Shown here piece after piece: positions 25,510 to 39,477 of a stretch of DNA of 64,000 nucleotides. The notes beneath the pieces are model-generated. The model was not told the DNA's origin, searched no databases, and was given only the letters and a program-made list of their open reading frames with translations. This stretch comes from Octopus sinensis (lineage: Eukaryota). Numbering within the stretch: position 1 is the first letter of the stretch; every line of letters begins with the position of its first letter. The stretch spans positions 79,050,001 through 79,114,000 of the forward strand of contig NC_043001.1 in NCBI RefSeq assembly GCF_006345805.1, in the 5' to 3' direction. The translations under genes were made by a program, and so were the position numbers.

Positions 25510-25605
25510 GTATTTCTTTATTCAGTTTTATTTCCAGAATTCTTGCCAATTGAGAAAGACCTTGCTTCTAACCTAGATCCGAGGACTCTTCATTGGAATT
25601 TCAAC
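25510..25605 (-). mobile_element. Probable PLE terminal fragment within (ATAC)n, degenerate hammerhead
   Basis: Reverse strand gaaattccaatgaagagtcctcggatctaggttaGAAGCAAGGTCtttc, embedded in (CATA)n. Confidence 0.35.
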
Positions 25606-25799
25606 GGGGTACTTTGTATGTATGTATGTATGTATGTATGTATGTATGTATGTATGTATGTATGTATGTATGCATGTATGTATGTATGTATTTATGTATG
25701 TAAGAATGAATGAATTTGAACGTGTATATTTGTATGTTTGTTTTATGGATGTATTCCCATGCATATAGTTGCATATCTAGACACGAGCATATAAATTTA

Positions 25800-25950
25800 T
25801 GTAAAGTTTTTTTCAGATTTTTACAGTTCCAATGATGGATTGGATCTGTTGTCTTCGAATGAGCTGTCTCCTTTCTGGTTTTCAGAAGCCTAATTTCTCA
25901 AGATCGGTGTATCCCAGTGCCCCAATAATTACAAATATAAACTTGAAATT
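25800..25950 (-). mobile_element. 3' end of an RLE-type LINE
   Basis: Reverse strand EKLGF*KPERRQLIRRQQIQSIIGTVK resembles C-terminal helices of RLE-type non-LTR elements. Confidence 0.4.
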
Positions 25951-26085
25951 GTAATCTGGCTAGAGTAATTGCAAATTTCTCAATAGATCAGCCCAGGAAT
26001 TGTCCTTTCCTCTATGTATGCATGCATGCATGTATATATGTATGTACGTACGTATAATTGGATATTTATGTGTGTGTATGTGTTT

Positions 26086-26121
<36 letters not shown>

Positions 26122-26299
26122 TGCGAGCGCGCGTGTATCCATGTGTGTTGTCTGTGAGTATGTATCCCGTTTTATATGTACTTAAAAATTATAATATCTG
26201 CAATAAATATATGTGAGCAAAGCGTTAATAAATTTATATTTTTTTCATTCAATTGATTTACTAGTTCTCCTTGCCTTATTGTTTTAACCATAATCTTTA

Positions 26300-26317
26300 T
26301 TATGGTTATTATAATTT

Positions 26318-26349
<32 letters not shown>

Positions 26350-26452
26350 TGTCATTATTGTTACTATTATTGTCATTGGCGTCATCGTTGTTGTTGTAAA
26401 TGTTGTTGTCGGTGGCGATGGTTGTTATTTTTATTTTTCATTATTATTATTA

Positions 26453-26490
<38 letters not shown>

Positions 26491-26497
26491 ATTATTA

Positions 26498-26565
<68 letters not shown>

Positions 26566-26624
26566 TTTATTTTTATTATTATTATTATCATAGTTATTAT
26601 TATTATTTTATATTTATTACTATC

Positions 26625-26674
<50 letters not shown>

Positions 26675-28166
26675 TATATTAATATTATTTCATATTTATT
26701 ATCATTGTTATTATTATCATTATTATCATCATTATTATTATTACTATTATTATTTTATATTTATTACTGTTGTTATTATTATCCTTATTATTATTATTAT
26801 TATTATTATCATTATTGTTATTATTGTTGCTTATGTTTATGTTGTTGTTTTTATAACCGATGTTGTTTTTCATGATTCTGCTGTCGTGGATGTTTTGCAC
26901 TAACGATGATTATTATTATTATTGTTGTTGTTCCGGTTGTCACTTTTGTTTTGATTTTTATATATCTTTTGTTTTTGCTGCTGACTTCGAAGATTTTATT
27001 GTTATATGTCGTGAAACATGCTCCGACATCTCGTGTTGCCATCCATTTCGTTTCTATTTTATCTCATATCCTTTTCTAGTATTTCATGAGAGAAAATTTC
27101 TTTTATTTAGTATTTATTAATTTCGGAATTTCTTGTTGAACGCCACTGACATCATTAGAAAGGCCACCGACACCATCAACAGTATCAACGCCAAGAACAC
27201 CACCCATCGCAATCACCAACGCCATCATCAACGACATCATTAATTCTATTGTTTTCACTAAAATCGATTGCATTCATTGCACCTCCACCTCAACATGATC
27301 ATCATCATCATCATCATCGACGTTGTCATCACCATCATTACCATCATCGTCATCGTCGTCATCATCATCGTCGTCGCCATAGTCCTCTTTGTTGCCGTCG
27401 TCGATGTCGCCGCCATCGTCGTCGTCGTCATCATCATCATTGTCATCATCATCATTGTCATCAACATCATTGTCGTCAGCACCATCGTTGTCATCCTCAT
27501 TATCATCATCATCGTCGTCGTCGACGCCCTCGTGCTCATCGGTGACGTGTTGCCGTCGTCGTCCTCGTTGTCCTAGTCTTCGTCATCGTCGCCGCTGCCG
27601 TCGTCTTTGTCAACATCATCATTGTCGTTGTCATCATCATTATCATTATCATCATCATCATCACACTCATCACCATCACCATCGTCCCCACCACCACCGT
27701 TAGCAGTAGCAAGAGCAACACAAATTAGAGCATCATCATCATCATCATCATCATCATCACTTCCATCATCGTCATCGTCTTCATCCTTCTCATCATCATC
27801 ATCATCATCACCATCATCATCCTTCTCATCATTATCATTATCATCATCCTCATCCTTCTCATCATCATCGTAGTCCCATCTTTTATCTCATCACCTTCGT
27901 TCTCGTTATCATTTGCTGTTGACATATTCCTGAAACCCATCCTTATCTCCATCATTTAATAGTTTGAATATCTTTGTTAGTGTTACAAATAGGGATGTAT
28001 GTTTTCTTATATTAGAGAAGTGTGTACACTAAGAACGAAAAATAAATAAAATGAAATATAATCATTATGTTAATTAAAATTCATATTATCATTATTTTTA
28101 TCATTACTATTATTATTATTATTATCATCATCGTCATCATTATCATTCTTCTTTACATTATTATTA

Positions 28167-28201
<35 letters not shown>

Positions 28202-28209
28202 ATTATTAA

Positions 28210-28252
<43 letters not shown>

Positions 28253-28300
28253 GTTATTATTATCATCATCATCATCATCATCATCATTTCCTCCTTCAGT
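26300..28300. repeat. Compound (CAT)n/(ATT)n/(TCG)n trinucleotide field
   Basis: Directly visible simple repeats with short unique spacers. Confidence 0.9.
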
Positions 28301-28499
28301 TTTGTTTTCATGTATTGTCGAGTGCCTTCCTAACGCCTAAGGCGAAGGAACTGATTGTATACTTTGGTAGGTCGTAAAAATAAAGACAACAAATTGTTCA
28401 TTTACAATGTCATGTAATAGGGAAAAGGGGAAGAAAGCAGAGAGGAAAAGGAAAGAAGAAAAAATATTAGATTCTTATTCTTCTTCTTCTTCTTCTTAC

Positions 28500-28557
<58 letters not shown>

Positions 28558-28575
28558 ATTATTATTATTATTATT

Positions 28576-29365
28576 TAGTAGTTTTATTTTTATAACGTGC
28601 TTACACTTCACTACAGAGCGTAGCTCTGTGTGCCTTGGGTATGTGCTGTGATTTGTTGTGATGCTCTGATGCTTACTGTATTGAAAGTGTTCTGCGTGGG
28701 ATGTGTGCAGTGCCTAGTAGTGCAATTTTCTGTATGTTATATGTGTTTGTAAGTCCTGGTGTTTTTGTTATGTATTTGTCTGAATATTTTTTTTATCATG
28801 CCTAATGCACCTATTATGATAGGAATTGTTTCTGTTTTTAGATTCCACATTCTAGTTACCTCTATTTCCAGGTCTTTGTATTTTGAAAGTTTCTCCATTT
28901 CTTTTAGAGACACGTTGTCATCTGCTGGTATTGATACATCAATGAGAAAGCATTTTTTTCTTCATGATCTCTGACAACTATATCTGGTCAGTTGGCCTTA
29001 ATTTCTCTATCTGTGTGTATTGGCATACCCCAGAGTATGGTTGCTTTCTCGTTTTCTGTGACCTTTCTGGTGTGTGCCTATACCATATTTTTTCTGTTGT
29101 TATTCCATAATGTTGCCATAGCTTCCAGTGTATGTAGGTCCCAACTCTGTCATGTCTGTGAATATATTCCTTCTTAGCCAGGACTGGGTAGCCAGAGATA
29201 ATATGATTCATTGTTTCTTGTCTATCTCCACATATTCTGCAGTTACTTGTTATATTTCTTTTCATTACATGTTTTTGGTCATTTCTAGTGGGGAGGCTTT
29301 GGTCTTGTGCTGCAATTAAAATCCCTCTGTCTCTGCTTTGAGCCCTGAGCTTCTCAACCACTGCT
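28576..29365 (-). pseudogene. R4/Dong-clade non-LTR retrotransposon 3' part
   Basis: ILIAAQDQSLPTRN...CRICGDRQETMNHIISG...RHDRV, then NRPDIVV...LIDVSIP...KLSKYKDL...IIIGALG. (TAA)n on both sides. Confidence 0.9.
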
Positions 29366-29375
29366 AGGATTTTTC

Positions 29376-29423
<48 letters not shown>

Positions 29424-29424
29424 A

Positions 29425-29904
29425 TTATTATTATTATTATTAGCGCAGACCATCATAGTGACACAAGGGTACAAATATACGAAGGGCAGTGTACCTATCA
29501 TGACTACCCGTCTGTTAATGGTACATCAGACACATGCAGCATGGTGATCTCATATAAAGATAAACAGCGCATGACGTTGCAGGTGGGGCTCAGTTAGAAT
29601 TTTCTTCAGGGCGAGTAGCCCATCCCGCTTAAAATCCCATGAATAAGGTTTTTTAAGGATGATGAACGAAACACCCACTCTCAACACATGGCTTCTCCGC
29701 GTGATCAGATTTTCACATATCATCAGCCAACAAGAGACATGCTCAACTGGTTACGGTCAAGCAACTGACAAGCAAACCTGTGGTATTGAGCAGAATATAT
29801 ATAATATAGCTCACCTGTTATACTAAGACAAGCATGCACATAACACTTCGAATCAGGTAAGATCAGAAGCCATGATAGCCAACGCCTGGCACTGCATTAG
29901 GGTA

Positions 29905-29905
<1 letters not shown>
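29425..29905 (-). mobile_element. Non-coding ~480 bp interspersed element embedded in (AAT)n
   Basis: Complex sequence bounded by (TTA)n on both sides, with no ORF and no obvious tRNA head. Called as a repeat by recollection of octopus repeats, not by search. Confidence 0.45.
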
Positions 29906-29962
<57 letters not shown>

Positions 29963-29964
29963 CA

Positions 29965-30095
29965 TTAGTTTTATTTTTATAGCGTGCTTTCACTTCACTA
30001 CCGAGCGCAGCTCTGTGTGCCTTGGGTATGTGCTGTGATTTGTTGTGATGCTCTGATGGTTATTGTATGGAAAGTGTTCTGCATAGGATGTGTGC
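29965..30095 (-). mobile_element. Second 3' UTR fragment of the same R4/Dong family as 28576-29365
   Basis: Near-identical to 28578-28710 (gcgtgctttcacttcacta...gctctgtgtgccttgggtatgtgctgtg). Confidence 0.85.
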
Positions 30096-31100
30096 GTAGT
30101 ACTTTTATTAGAAATATTTTGCGTCACAGGAACTATTTATGATACTATATTAATTTTACTCTAATATAAATTATATGCATTGATATGTTCGTTGTGTGTG
30201 TATGTGTGTGTGTGTGTGTGCGTGTGTATAATCCTATAAAATTTTCATGAGACGTTTTGTGTTTCCGTCTTAAATGGAGACGAGCGGTATTCCTCCATGT
30301 GATCAGCTTGAAAAATTATTAAGATATTAAGATATTTTTCTCAACATGTAACCAACGATAGCCTTAATACCCAAATAGATAAACTGTATCCACCAATGTG
30401 GAGTTGAGTACACAGTGTCGTTGTTCGACACACACACACACACATACATATAGTGATGTATAGATATATATTTTTTCCTACATGCATGCATACCTATATA
30501 CAAACGCAAATTTACATACGCTTATCCGTCTACTTGCATGCAAATACTCACGCAAGCAGATTCGTACGTATAGATGCGTATGGATATTTAAGTTTGTGTT
30601 TGTGCATGTGTACCCTTCGGGGGTCAATGAATATTCACGTATTTGTGTAAAATTACACGCATATTTTTCTCATCGAAGATATATTTTGAGAATATAAAGT
30701 TATGATGCAACTCCTTTCTAAACAACATTCATGATACACATTGCTTATCACCAGATTCTATAAAAAGGATGACACATAAATACACACCTCTTTGCACACA
30801 TACCTATACTCAGATGACCACTTACAAACACACACGATGTATATACATATATAATACACATGGGTATGTGTGTGTGTTTATCTGTGTGTTTGTGTGTGTG
30901 CGTGCGTATATAAGTATATACATATGCGTGTGTGTATGTGTCAATATCATCCAATATATATACAAATACATGTATGTGCAAAAATTATAATACATATTAT
31001 ATATATATATATATGCATAAGCATATACACACGAATATAAACGCAAGCACACATACACAAACACACACGCATGTATGAAATATCTCACCCTCTCTCGATA

Positions 31101-31136
<36 letters not shown>

Positions 31137-31215
31137 CACACACATATAATTAACATCCATATCTACTTTTATAAGTATATACTGCACTTATATATTTAAT
31201 ATGTATGTATACATA

Positions 31216-31286
<71 letters not shown>

Positions 31287-31336
31287 AATACATATATTTA
31301 TAATATATATGTATATATCTGTATATACATATACAG

Positions 31337-31377
<41 letters not shown>

Positions 31378-31785
31378 CGTGTGTGTGTGTGTGTATAAAT
31401 GTCGTATAAAATTAAAGACAACTGCTAAATAAAGAAATAAAAGAAAGATAAAAGAATAAAGATACGCACAGATAAAAAGAAATATTTGAAACACTATCGC
31501 GATAGATCAATATTGAACATATTCTTTAGTGAAGGATTTCTTTGTTGTTTTTCCTTTCTATTAATCACATTTATGCTAAAATGGAATGAAATATTATAGA
31601 TACACACACACGCACACACACAGACACACAAACATACACAGAGATGCGCACACACGCACGCACACAGAGGTGCCCTCACATACAGACCAGACAGAGGAAC
31701 TGATACACATAGATATCTATGTTTAAGTACACACACGTATAATATACACATAGATATGTATATGTATATGTATGTATATATATAT

Positions 31786-31817
<32 letters not shown>

Positions 31818-32610
31818 ATATATATATATATATGTATGTGTGTGTGAATGTGTGTTGATATTAGTGCATCTAAGTGTCTGCGTATATCAGATTTTTCATT
31901 GAAATATAAGTACAATTATTCTTCATTGAGATTAGAATGCGCAGCGCACGCCAGAAACATTTTTCTATTTGATGTATATAATGAATGGTATACGCCTATT
32001 CATATACATAGATACGTATGTATGTATGTATGTATATATGTGTTTATGTACATGTGTATGTGCTTGCCGGTGTGTGTGTTTGTATGTTCGGGTGTATAAT
32101 ATATACGTAAAGACACGCACACACACACATATGTAAATATGCATATATATAAGTATTTATGAATTTATTATGTGTGTTTATAAATATATTAGTATGTACA
32201 TATATGTTTATATGTATATATATATGTGTGTGTGTGTGTGTGTGAACTGTGTATTGTGAATTTATTTATTGTATATCAATGCACTACTAAGAAGACTGCT
32301 TAATGATCTTTTCCTTGCCCCTTTCAATATACAGTTCTCTCTATTCACCACCCTGTTTGTTTCTGAAGTCAGCCCCTTTTACTGCCAAGGAATCTACGTA
32401 AGAAATCTGGTGATCCCTTTCAAAGCAATCTTTGCCAATCAGTACCGGAAAGAAGCCATATTGGGGTTTAAATTAGCGATACAATTCTTCTGTGGCTCAC
32501 GCTTTCTCATAAACTACCGTAGCATCTGAAATGTGTGTACTAAAACGACATTTTCGATATGTAGGATTAGAGCAGCTGTATGTAATAATCGACTTTGTAG
32601 AAGCTTTTGC

Positions 32611-32672
<62 letters not shown>

Positions 32673-32700
32673 CAGCAGCAGCAGAAGCAGTAGTAGTTGC

Positions 32701-32758
<58 letters not shown>

Positions 32759-33699
32759 ATAGTAGCAGCTGGATCAACTTGTAACTATATCTCAGCTTTC
32801 ATCCACCGATACAAATCTCTAAACCCCAAATGCTTAATCCAGTGAAGGAGACTCATCTCTGGCTGCCAAACTGCGAGCCCAACGACTTATTTGAAAAACT
32901 GCAACCACTAACTTAACAACAACGACGACAACTACAAGAAGCAGAAGAAGGGAAGAAGTGAAGAAGAAGAAGAAGAAGAAGAAGAAGAAGAAGAAGAAGA
33001 AGAAGAAGAAGAAGAAGAAGAAAACGACGACGACGACGACCACCACCACCACCACCACCACCAACAACGAACAACAGCAATAACAATAATAATCTTATCT
33101 ACTATAGGCACAAGCTTTCAAACTTGCGGAGAGGTGAATAGTCGATTACATCAACTCCGGTGTTTCACGAGCACTTATTTTATCGACCCTGAAAGGATGA
33201 AAGGCGCAGTCGACCTCGGTGGAATTTGAAAAGAAAGGTGAAAGGGAAAATAGATTTTCTCAAATAAAAAAGAAAGGGGTGAATGATTAACGTTATAGAA
33301 TGTATAGAAAGATGCACAAAAATATTCAGAAATGTTGACTTACACGATCGCACGAACACGCCTGTAGACATAAATACATACATACACACATATATAATAC
33401 ATACGTACATACACACATATATTTTTCGAAATTAAATGAAGGTACAATAAATAACTCATTAATTCAAAACGATACATTTAAAGCAAGAATACATGAATGA
33501 TTAGCGCAGAGCTCTTCCTGACTCTATTCCTTTCACTATAACTCATACTCTGCGCGAGTGCAACCAAAGCTCCAGCAGATCATATTTTTAGGCCTCTGGT
33601 GATGAAAAATACCATTGCCATGAGGCTTTGGCAGGTGGTACTCTGGAAAATAAGAATTGTTTTTTTTTTCTTTTTACTGTTCTTTTAAATAATATTCGT

Positions 33700-34010
33700 T
33701 TATAATTTCTTCTTTGGTTAATGTTTCCAGGCCTTCCGAGCATTCTGCTGCAAGGAGAGCTTTACTTCGATGAATGCAGCAAATAATCTTTCTCCGATAT
33801 CATGGCCGTTACCTTGGCGCTCTCTATTCGGTATACCTCCAGTATGGGTTTGTGAACTTTGAATGTCATTAGGACTTACAAATCTCTTTTGACTTCTCTC
33901 CCAAAAGTAACAACTTATCCAATTATCTTCACTGGTTTCGATATCCCCTATGATTTTCATGGGACACACATATATAATCTGAGTTATTTTTGTCAATTTC
34001 ACCTTGTGTT
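33700..34010 (-). pseudogene. Heavily decayed LINE (RTE-like) RT fragment
   Basis: ERLFAAFIEVK resembles the LY.AF.D..KAFD motif. Confidence 0.35.
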
Positions 34011-34724
34011 TTTATCGAGTCTTCTGTTATTAATGTGCAGTAGATAGTGCTATAGCTTTTATATATTTCAGTTGTGTAAACAACTCCCGGTATGTTCTGT
34101 AGAGCCCTCTATGCTACTAGATGAAAGAAAATATGTAGTCCGCTTCCGTCGTTTTGTTATCAGAAATATATTCTATGGGAAATATTTCCTTATTAGCTCT
34201 GGTAGCACAAAATGCTGTTCAGTTTTACAAAACGCTTCCTCTTGCATTTTCTAAGTAACTGCGACAGTCACTTAAATTCCTTTTATCTAGTGTGCATTAA
34301 GAGAATCTATACCTTTATGCTGCCTCAATATTGTTGTGGCACTAACACTGCTGTTACAGCTACTTATTACTTAAGTGTTTGGGACATTTTCTTCTGATAA
34401 TTGTTGAATAAACTTTTCATTTTCACTTTGCTATAATGCATCAAATTGTCGGTTTTGATTTGATTTTATTTAAGATGAAACATAATTTTACCTTCTCCCG
34501 GGTATCAAGGACCGGCCTTCTTCAGTTAATTATAGTTTATTTTTCTTAGTTCTCAGAAGAAAATTCCATTTGTTAATGATTGAACAAATTAAGATTTGAA
34601 GAGAAAAGTTGAATGACTTCTTCACATTACGAGGGTAAAATATAATAATAATAATATAATAATAATAATAATAATAATAACAACAACAACAACAACAATA
34701 ATAATATTAATAATAATGATGATG

Positions 34725-35150
34725 ATTATGAGCCAGAGGCTATGAAAGAGAATAAGAATTACAAGAATATATATACTCAAAAGACTGACCGTACATTTGA
34801 AGTAAGGAGACCAGACATGATTAAAGAGGACACTAGAAAACAAACAGTCTAAGATCATAGACGTTGAGACACCAAATGATAACAGAATGAATACAAAAAG
34901 AGTGGAAAAAAATTGAGTAATAGCCAGACAGATGAAGAGATTGTAGAAGACCAACATAACAATTATTTCAGTGGTAATTGGTGCACTTGGCAAACCACCT
35001 AAACTTCTACCTAGGAGGCTGAATGAGATGAGAAATGGAACTCGCATTCTTCACTTGCATAAAAATGCAATCCTCTATTCTGCTTGAATCCCCACCAAAA
35101 TGCTCGCGATTTGAGGAGACATGTGTTCAACCTACCTGAAGACATGATGC
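34725..35150 (+). pseudogene. R4/Dong-clade RLE domain fragment
   Basis: TDRTFEVRRPDMI...IIDVETP...VVIGALG...AILYSA. Flanked by (AAT)n and (GAT)n. Confidence 0.75.
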
Positions 35151-35191
35151 TTACTAAGTACTAATAGTTATGATGATGATAATGACGATGG

Positions 35192-35222
<31 letters not shown>

Positions 35223-35307
35223 GATGATGATGATGATAATGATGATGATGATGATGATAATGATGATGATGATCATCATCATGATGGTGATGAAGATGAT
35301 GATGATG

Positions 35308-35815
35308 ATAGGCCAGACATCACATTGAAAGACTTCAGACAAAAATCATGACTCCTCCTTGATATGATTGTTCCAATCGATATAAACGTATTTGTCAAGA
35401 CCTACCAAAAACTGAGCAAGTATAAAGAACTTTAAATAGAAATTAGCAAAATGTGGAACCTGAAGACTAAAACAATACCTATTGTCATAGGTGCTCTGGG
35501 AATGATAGCAAAAGGGGTTGATTGCTACGTAGCTAAGATACCATGAATCCCCAAAATGGTAGAAATTCTAAAGATAATGTTCATTGGAACTGCTCATATC
35601 CTACGCAAAATACTTTCTATGTAATCACAAGTTTTAAAACAAACATAATTTTTTATGGTTCCTTAAACATTCTCTAGAACAACGCTATGTACAAAACCAA
35701 ATATATGGTACACTAGGCATAACACCAACGTGAACTTCTAACTTGTATCTTGAGGTCACTGGCTGAAACTTGGAGCCAACTTGTATAAATATAAAGCAAA
35801 AGTCAAACATAAATT
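35308..35815 (+). pseudogene. R4/Dong-clade RLE domain plus 3' UTR
   Basis: RPDITLKDF...LLLDMIVP...KLSKYKEL...PIVIGALGMI...GTAHILRKILSM*, with an (AAT)n tail. Confidence 0.85.
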
Positions 35816-36299
35816 AATAACAATAATAACAATACTAATAACAACACCAAGAATACTCAGAGAACGAAAACCTCCGCCAAGGCAACACCAACGTCCTAAT
35901 TACTTTTATTGAGCACATGGCTCTTAAAGAGAGGGGACAATACAGGTAAATGCAAAACAATAAGATGGTGTACATACAAACATATATCCTATCAAATTAT
36001 GGATACAATGAAAAATGAGGATAATATGACTAATCCCCTCCCGTAAGCAGGCAGTTTCATTATACTATTTGAAAATAACGTTTTACTAACGTTTCAATAT
36101 TCTATCTTGTATCTGTTGGTTTTCCCTTTTTGTTCCTCCTTTTTGTTTTTAATTTACACAAGGTCACTAATTATTCAGTTCTTAAATTTCCTCTCTTACC
36201 CTCATTTACGGCAAGTACTTTATTAAATCTTCGAATGCCACCACCAGCGGCAATTCATCAAAATGATACTGTACCGCTGTCACTTCTAACTTTTCACCA

Positions 36300-36925
36300 A
36301 ACAATTCCTTTCACCTTTCTCCTCTCTCTTTCTTTCCAGCAGAAAATCTTTCAAACCTACATTGATCTCCTTGGATGACAATTTAATTCTAATTACATTC
36401 TTCAGTTTCGCAATTTCTTTTTCTATCTCTACACGTTTTGTGTATTGTATCGTATTTCTTACTTGTTTTCCTTTCGGTGTCTCTCTCTGAGTTTGTCCAC
36501 CATTCTCTTCTACTGTTGCTGGTATTTCTATCTCAGTATGTATCTCATTCCTTATTCTTATCATTTCCCTTTCATGTTCCTTTTTCTTCTTTACTTTCTC
36601 CTCCTTGCTGATTGTTGGTAATGGTTTGTGTCTTCGCTCCCCGACCCCTTCACTTACTTTTGTTGGTCTTTAATTTTTTCTCTGCTCTTTCGATTTTCCC
36701 TCTTCTACACTCTGCGTCTCCTCTCCATTTCCTTTTCTTTTCTTCTTGGGACATTTTGGTGGTGAGTCTACATTACTCTACTTCCTCTTCACCACTGTAT
36801 ACTGTTCTTCTATACTTTGCTCTTCTACGATTGGAACCTCTTCTTCTTTATCTACCCCACCCTCTTTGTGTTTCTGAGGGCACTTAGCTTTCATGTGTTC
36901 CCGTACTCCACATTAAGAGCAACAC
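36300..36925 (-). pseudogene. Decayed retroelement ORF1/gag-like segment with CCHC zinc knuckle
   Basis: C-S-*-C-G-V-R-E-H-M-K-A-K-C (36880-36921) fits CX2CX4HX4C, followed by a K/E/R-rich region. Confidence 0.5.
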
Positions 36926-36951
36926 CAATTCCTCTACAATTTTGTGGAGGT

Positions 36952-37055
36952 GTTTTTTCAGTCTATCCACTGTTATAGTGTCTTTACGACCATTAAGGTC
37001 TATAGTGAAAAATTCTCCATGCGTGAAAGAAAACGGGAAGGACCTGTATACGGTT
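36952..37055 (-). pseudogene. Gypsy integrase C-terminal fragment
   Basis: KPYTGPSRFLSR, then after a frameshift FFTIDLNGRKDTITVDRLK (GPY/F domain). Confidence 0.6.
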
Positions 37056-37449
37056 TTGTTTTAAAAAAATGAGTCCAAGAGGTAAAGCCTCCTTCAAGGC
37101 AGAGCTAGAAATGCAAATGTCAAGTAGGTAAGAGGTTTTAAACAGGAGCGATATATTCAAAATTAGTAAAACTAGAAATTGTCGATAATAAATTAAATTT
37201 ATTTTTTTTACTGAATATGTTTGTGTTATTTAATTTCTGAACGGTTTTGCTGCCGTTTGTTTATGTATTTTGATTTCTTTATCCATCAGTTTCTACTAAG
37301 TTAGAGAAGCGAGTTAAACTAATATAGAGAAACGAAAATAAAACTTTGGAAACAGCAACGCCGCCATAGCTTACGTGTAAACCATGAGCGTGCTTTCAAG
37401 GGAGATAATAAGAGAAAGCCTTGAAAGTGAACGTAAGATCGTAATACTT

Positions 37450-37660
37450 CATGGAAAGTAAATATAGCAAATAATTTAGAATCCTTGTCCTATTCCTGAT
37501 CGATCACAACGTCTAATCAAGTCTTGCCAGTCACGAAGCCAAGCATCCCTGAAAGATTCATTCGAATCCATCCAGCGGTTTTTGAGATATCTTGTCCACG
37601 GTTCAACGAACAAACACGACTGAAAACAATACCTCCGACTTCGCTAAAGCAGATGTAATG
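37450..37660 (+). mobile_element. 3' half of a Helentron-associated (HINE/DINE-1-like) element
   Basis: Homologous to 38270-38452 (gaatccatccagcggtt...gagatatcttgtccacgg...aacaatacctccg). Confidence 0.6.
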
Positions 37661-37671
37661 ATACTACTACC

Positions 37672-37714
<43 letters not shown>

Positions 37715-37769
37715 TACACTACTACTACTACTACTACTACTACTAATAATAATAATAATAATAATAATA

Positions 37770-37807
<38 letters not shown>

Positions 37808-37834
37808 TAATAATAATAATAATAATAATAATAC

Positions 37835-37892
<58 letters not shown>

Positions 37893-37895
<3 letters not shown>

Positions 37896-38452
37896 CACTC
37901 AGAGTGCACAAACCTCCGCCAAGGCAACACAAACGTCCTCTGAACGATTAGTCAGTGAGGATATTTAAATTAAGAATAACTGAAATAAATTCGATTGCTT
38001 TCAAAAACGAAATTTCTAGACACAAACCCGACCCCTCTCAAAAGTTAGTTAAAAAGAAGCGGAAAAATTATCCAGAGTGCTTGCCCGGTACGGCATCGAT
38101 CCCAGTGGTAGTCATGAAAATTTTAGTAACAGTAACAAATAATTTATCCTTATAAGCCAAAGTAAAGATATTCACCATTGAAAATAGTTACAGCCTAAAT
38201 GAAGATAATTAAGAAAGTCTTGAATGTTAACATAAGAGCGTAATCATGTAAAGTGAAGTAGATATAAGAAATAATCCAGAATTCTTGTCCGGTACCGGAT
38301 CGATCCCAGAATCTAATGAGTTCGTGCTAATCAAACATCCCTGAAAAGTGTCATCCGAATCCATCCAGCGGTTCTCGAGATATCTTGTCCACGGACAAAC
38401 AAGCAAACACGACTGAAAACAACAACTCAGCCTTCGCTAAGGCGGAGGTAGT
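37893..38452 (+). mobile_element. HINE/DINE-1-like element
   Basis: Subterminal inverted repeats acctccgcc (37912) and ggcggaggt (38441). 3' hairpin ctcagcctt-cgct-aaggcggag. Inserted in (AAT)n. Confidence 0.65.
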
Positions 38453-38459
38453 AATAATG

Positions 38460-38520
<61 letters not shown>

Positions 38521-39441
38521 GGTTTTTAATTTAGACACAGCAAAATTTGAGGAGAGGTGGTAGTCGAAGATAACAATGACCCAAGTAATTCACTTATATT
38601 TAGTTATTGAAACCCTTGTTAAAGAAGGGAAAAAATTTTGAACATAGTTGAATTCGAACTGAAGGTATAGGGAGGTGTACCGAGACACCACATAGTATAT
38701 AAAACTTCCTACCAACACTGTCAGCAAAAGTCTGTACGTCTTTGTTTCTTATAAGTTAGACGAATGTTTGTCTTTTTATGTTTTGTTCATCAGAGAATTG
38801 GTGATTCAAACAGATGTTAACATCCAAAGTGAAATAATCTAACCGTCGTTTAGACCTAGAATCAATAACGTGAATTCATCACAACCCGTCTTGATATTAT
38901 ATGTACCTGAGCAACGCTCACAAAGTCAAATATTGAACTATTATTCTCTCTGTCTATAATTCCAACCTATATTCTTCTGAAAAATCTCATAACATTGACC
39001 GGTGACTGTGTTTAAATTGTTGTGGTTTCGCATTATTATTCGTTAGATTCCAACACATGTCTCTACTCTGACGCCGTCACGTACCAGCTTATAAGAAGTT
39101 GAAGCCATTCTGTATTGTTTGTGCTGCATTGTTACAAGAAATCTATGTTGTGCTTTAGGGTAATTTAGTCTGTGCAATTATGGAGTGAAAGTGGGGAAAT
39201 ATAAAAAAGTATGAAAGAAGACGTACGTATGAGAAAGAAAGCATATTTAGGTGGAAGGGAAGTGACATTGCGAAGTTTCTGAAGAGCGTTGATCATAGAT
39301 TTGATTAATCTATTATACATACAGTTATATGTGAATGCGCTCATTCCTGTGTTTGTATCAGTGTTTCTGTGTGTGTACAACGTGCGCTTTTGCCTCTGTG
39401 TGTGTGTATGTCTATTTTGTGTCATATATCAGCATGTGCGG

Positions 39442-39477
<36 letters not shown>

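Noticed and set aside
25538-25610. Exon-like block [24 protein letters not shown], faintly like a proprotein convertase
   Set aside because: It lacks the catalytic DDG context, the donor is weak, and the reverse strand fits a PLE terminal fragment in (CATA)n.
33731-33863. Possible terminal exon AFRAFCCKESF..., like a GPCR helix 8 tail
   Set aside because: Better explained as the antisense of a decayed LINE RT motif (LFAAFIEVK).
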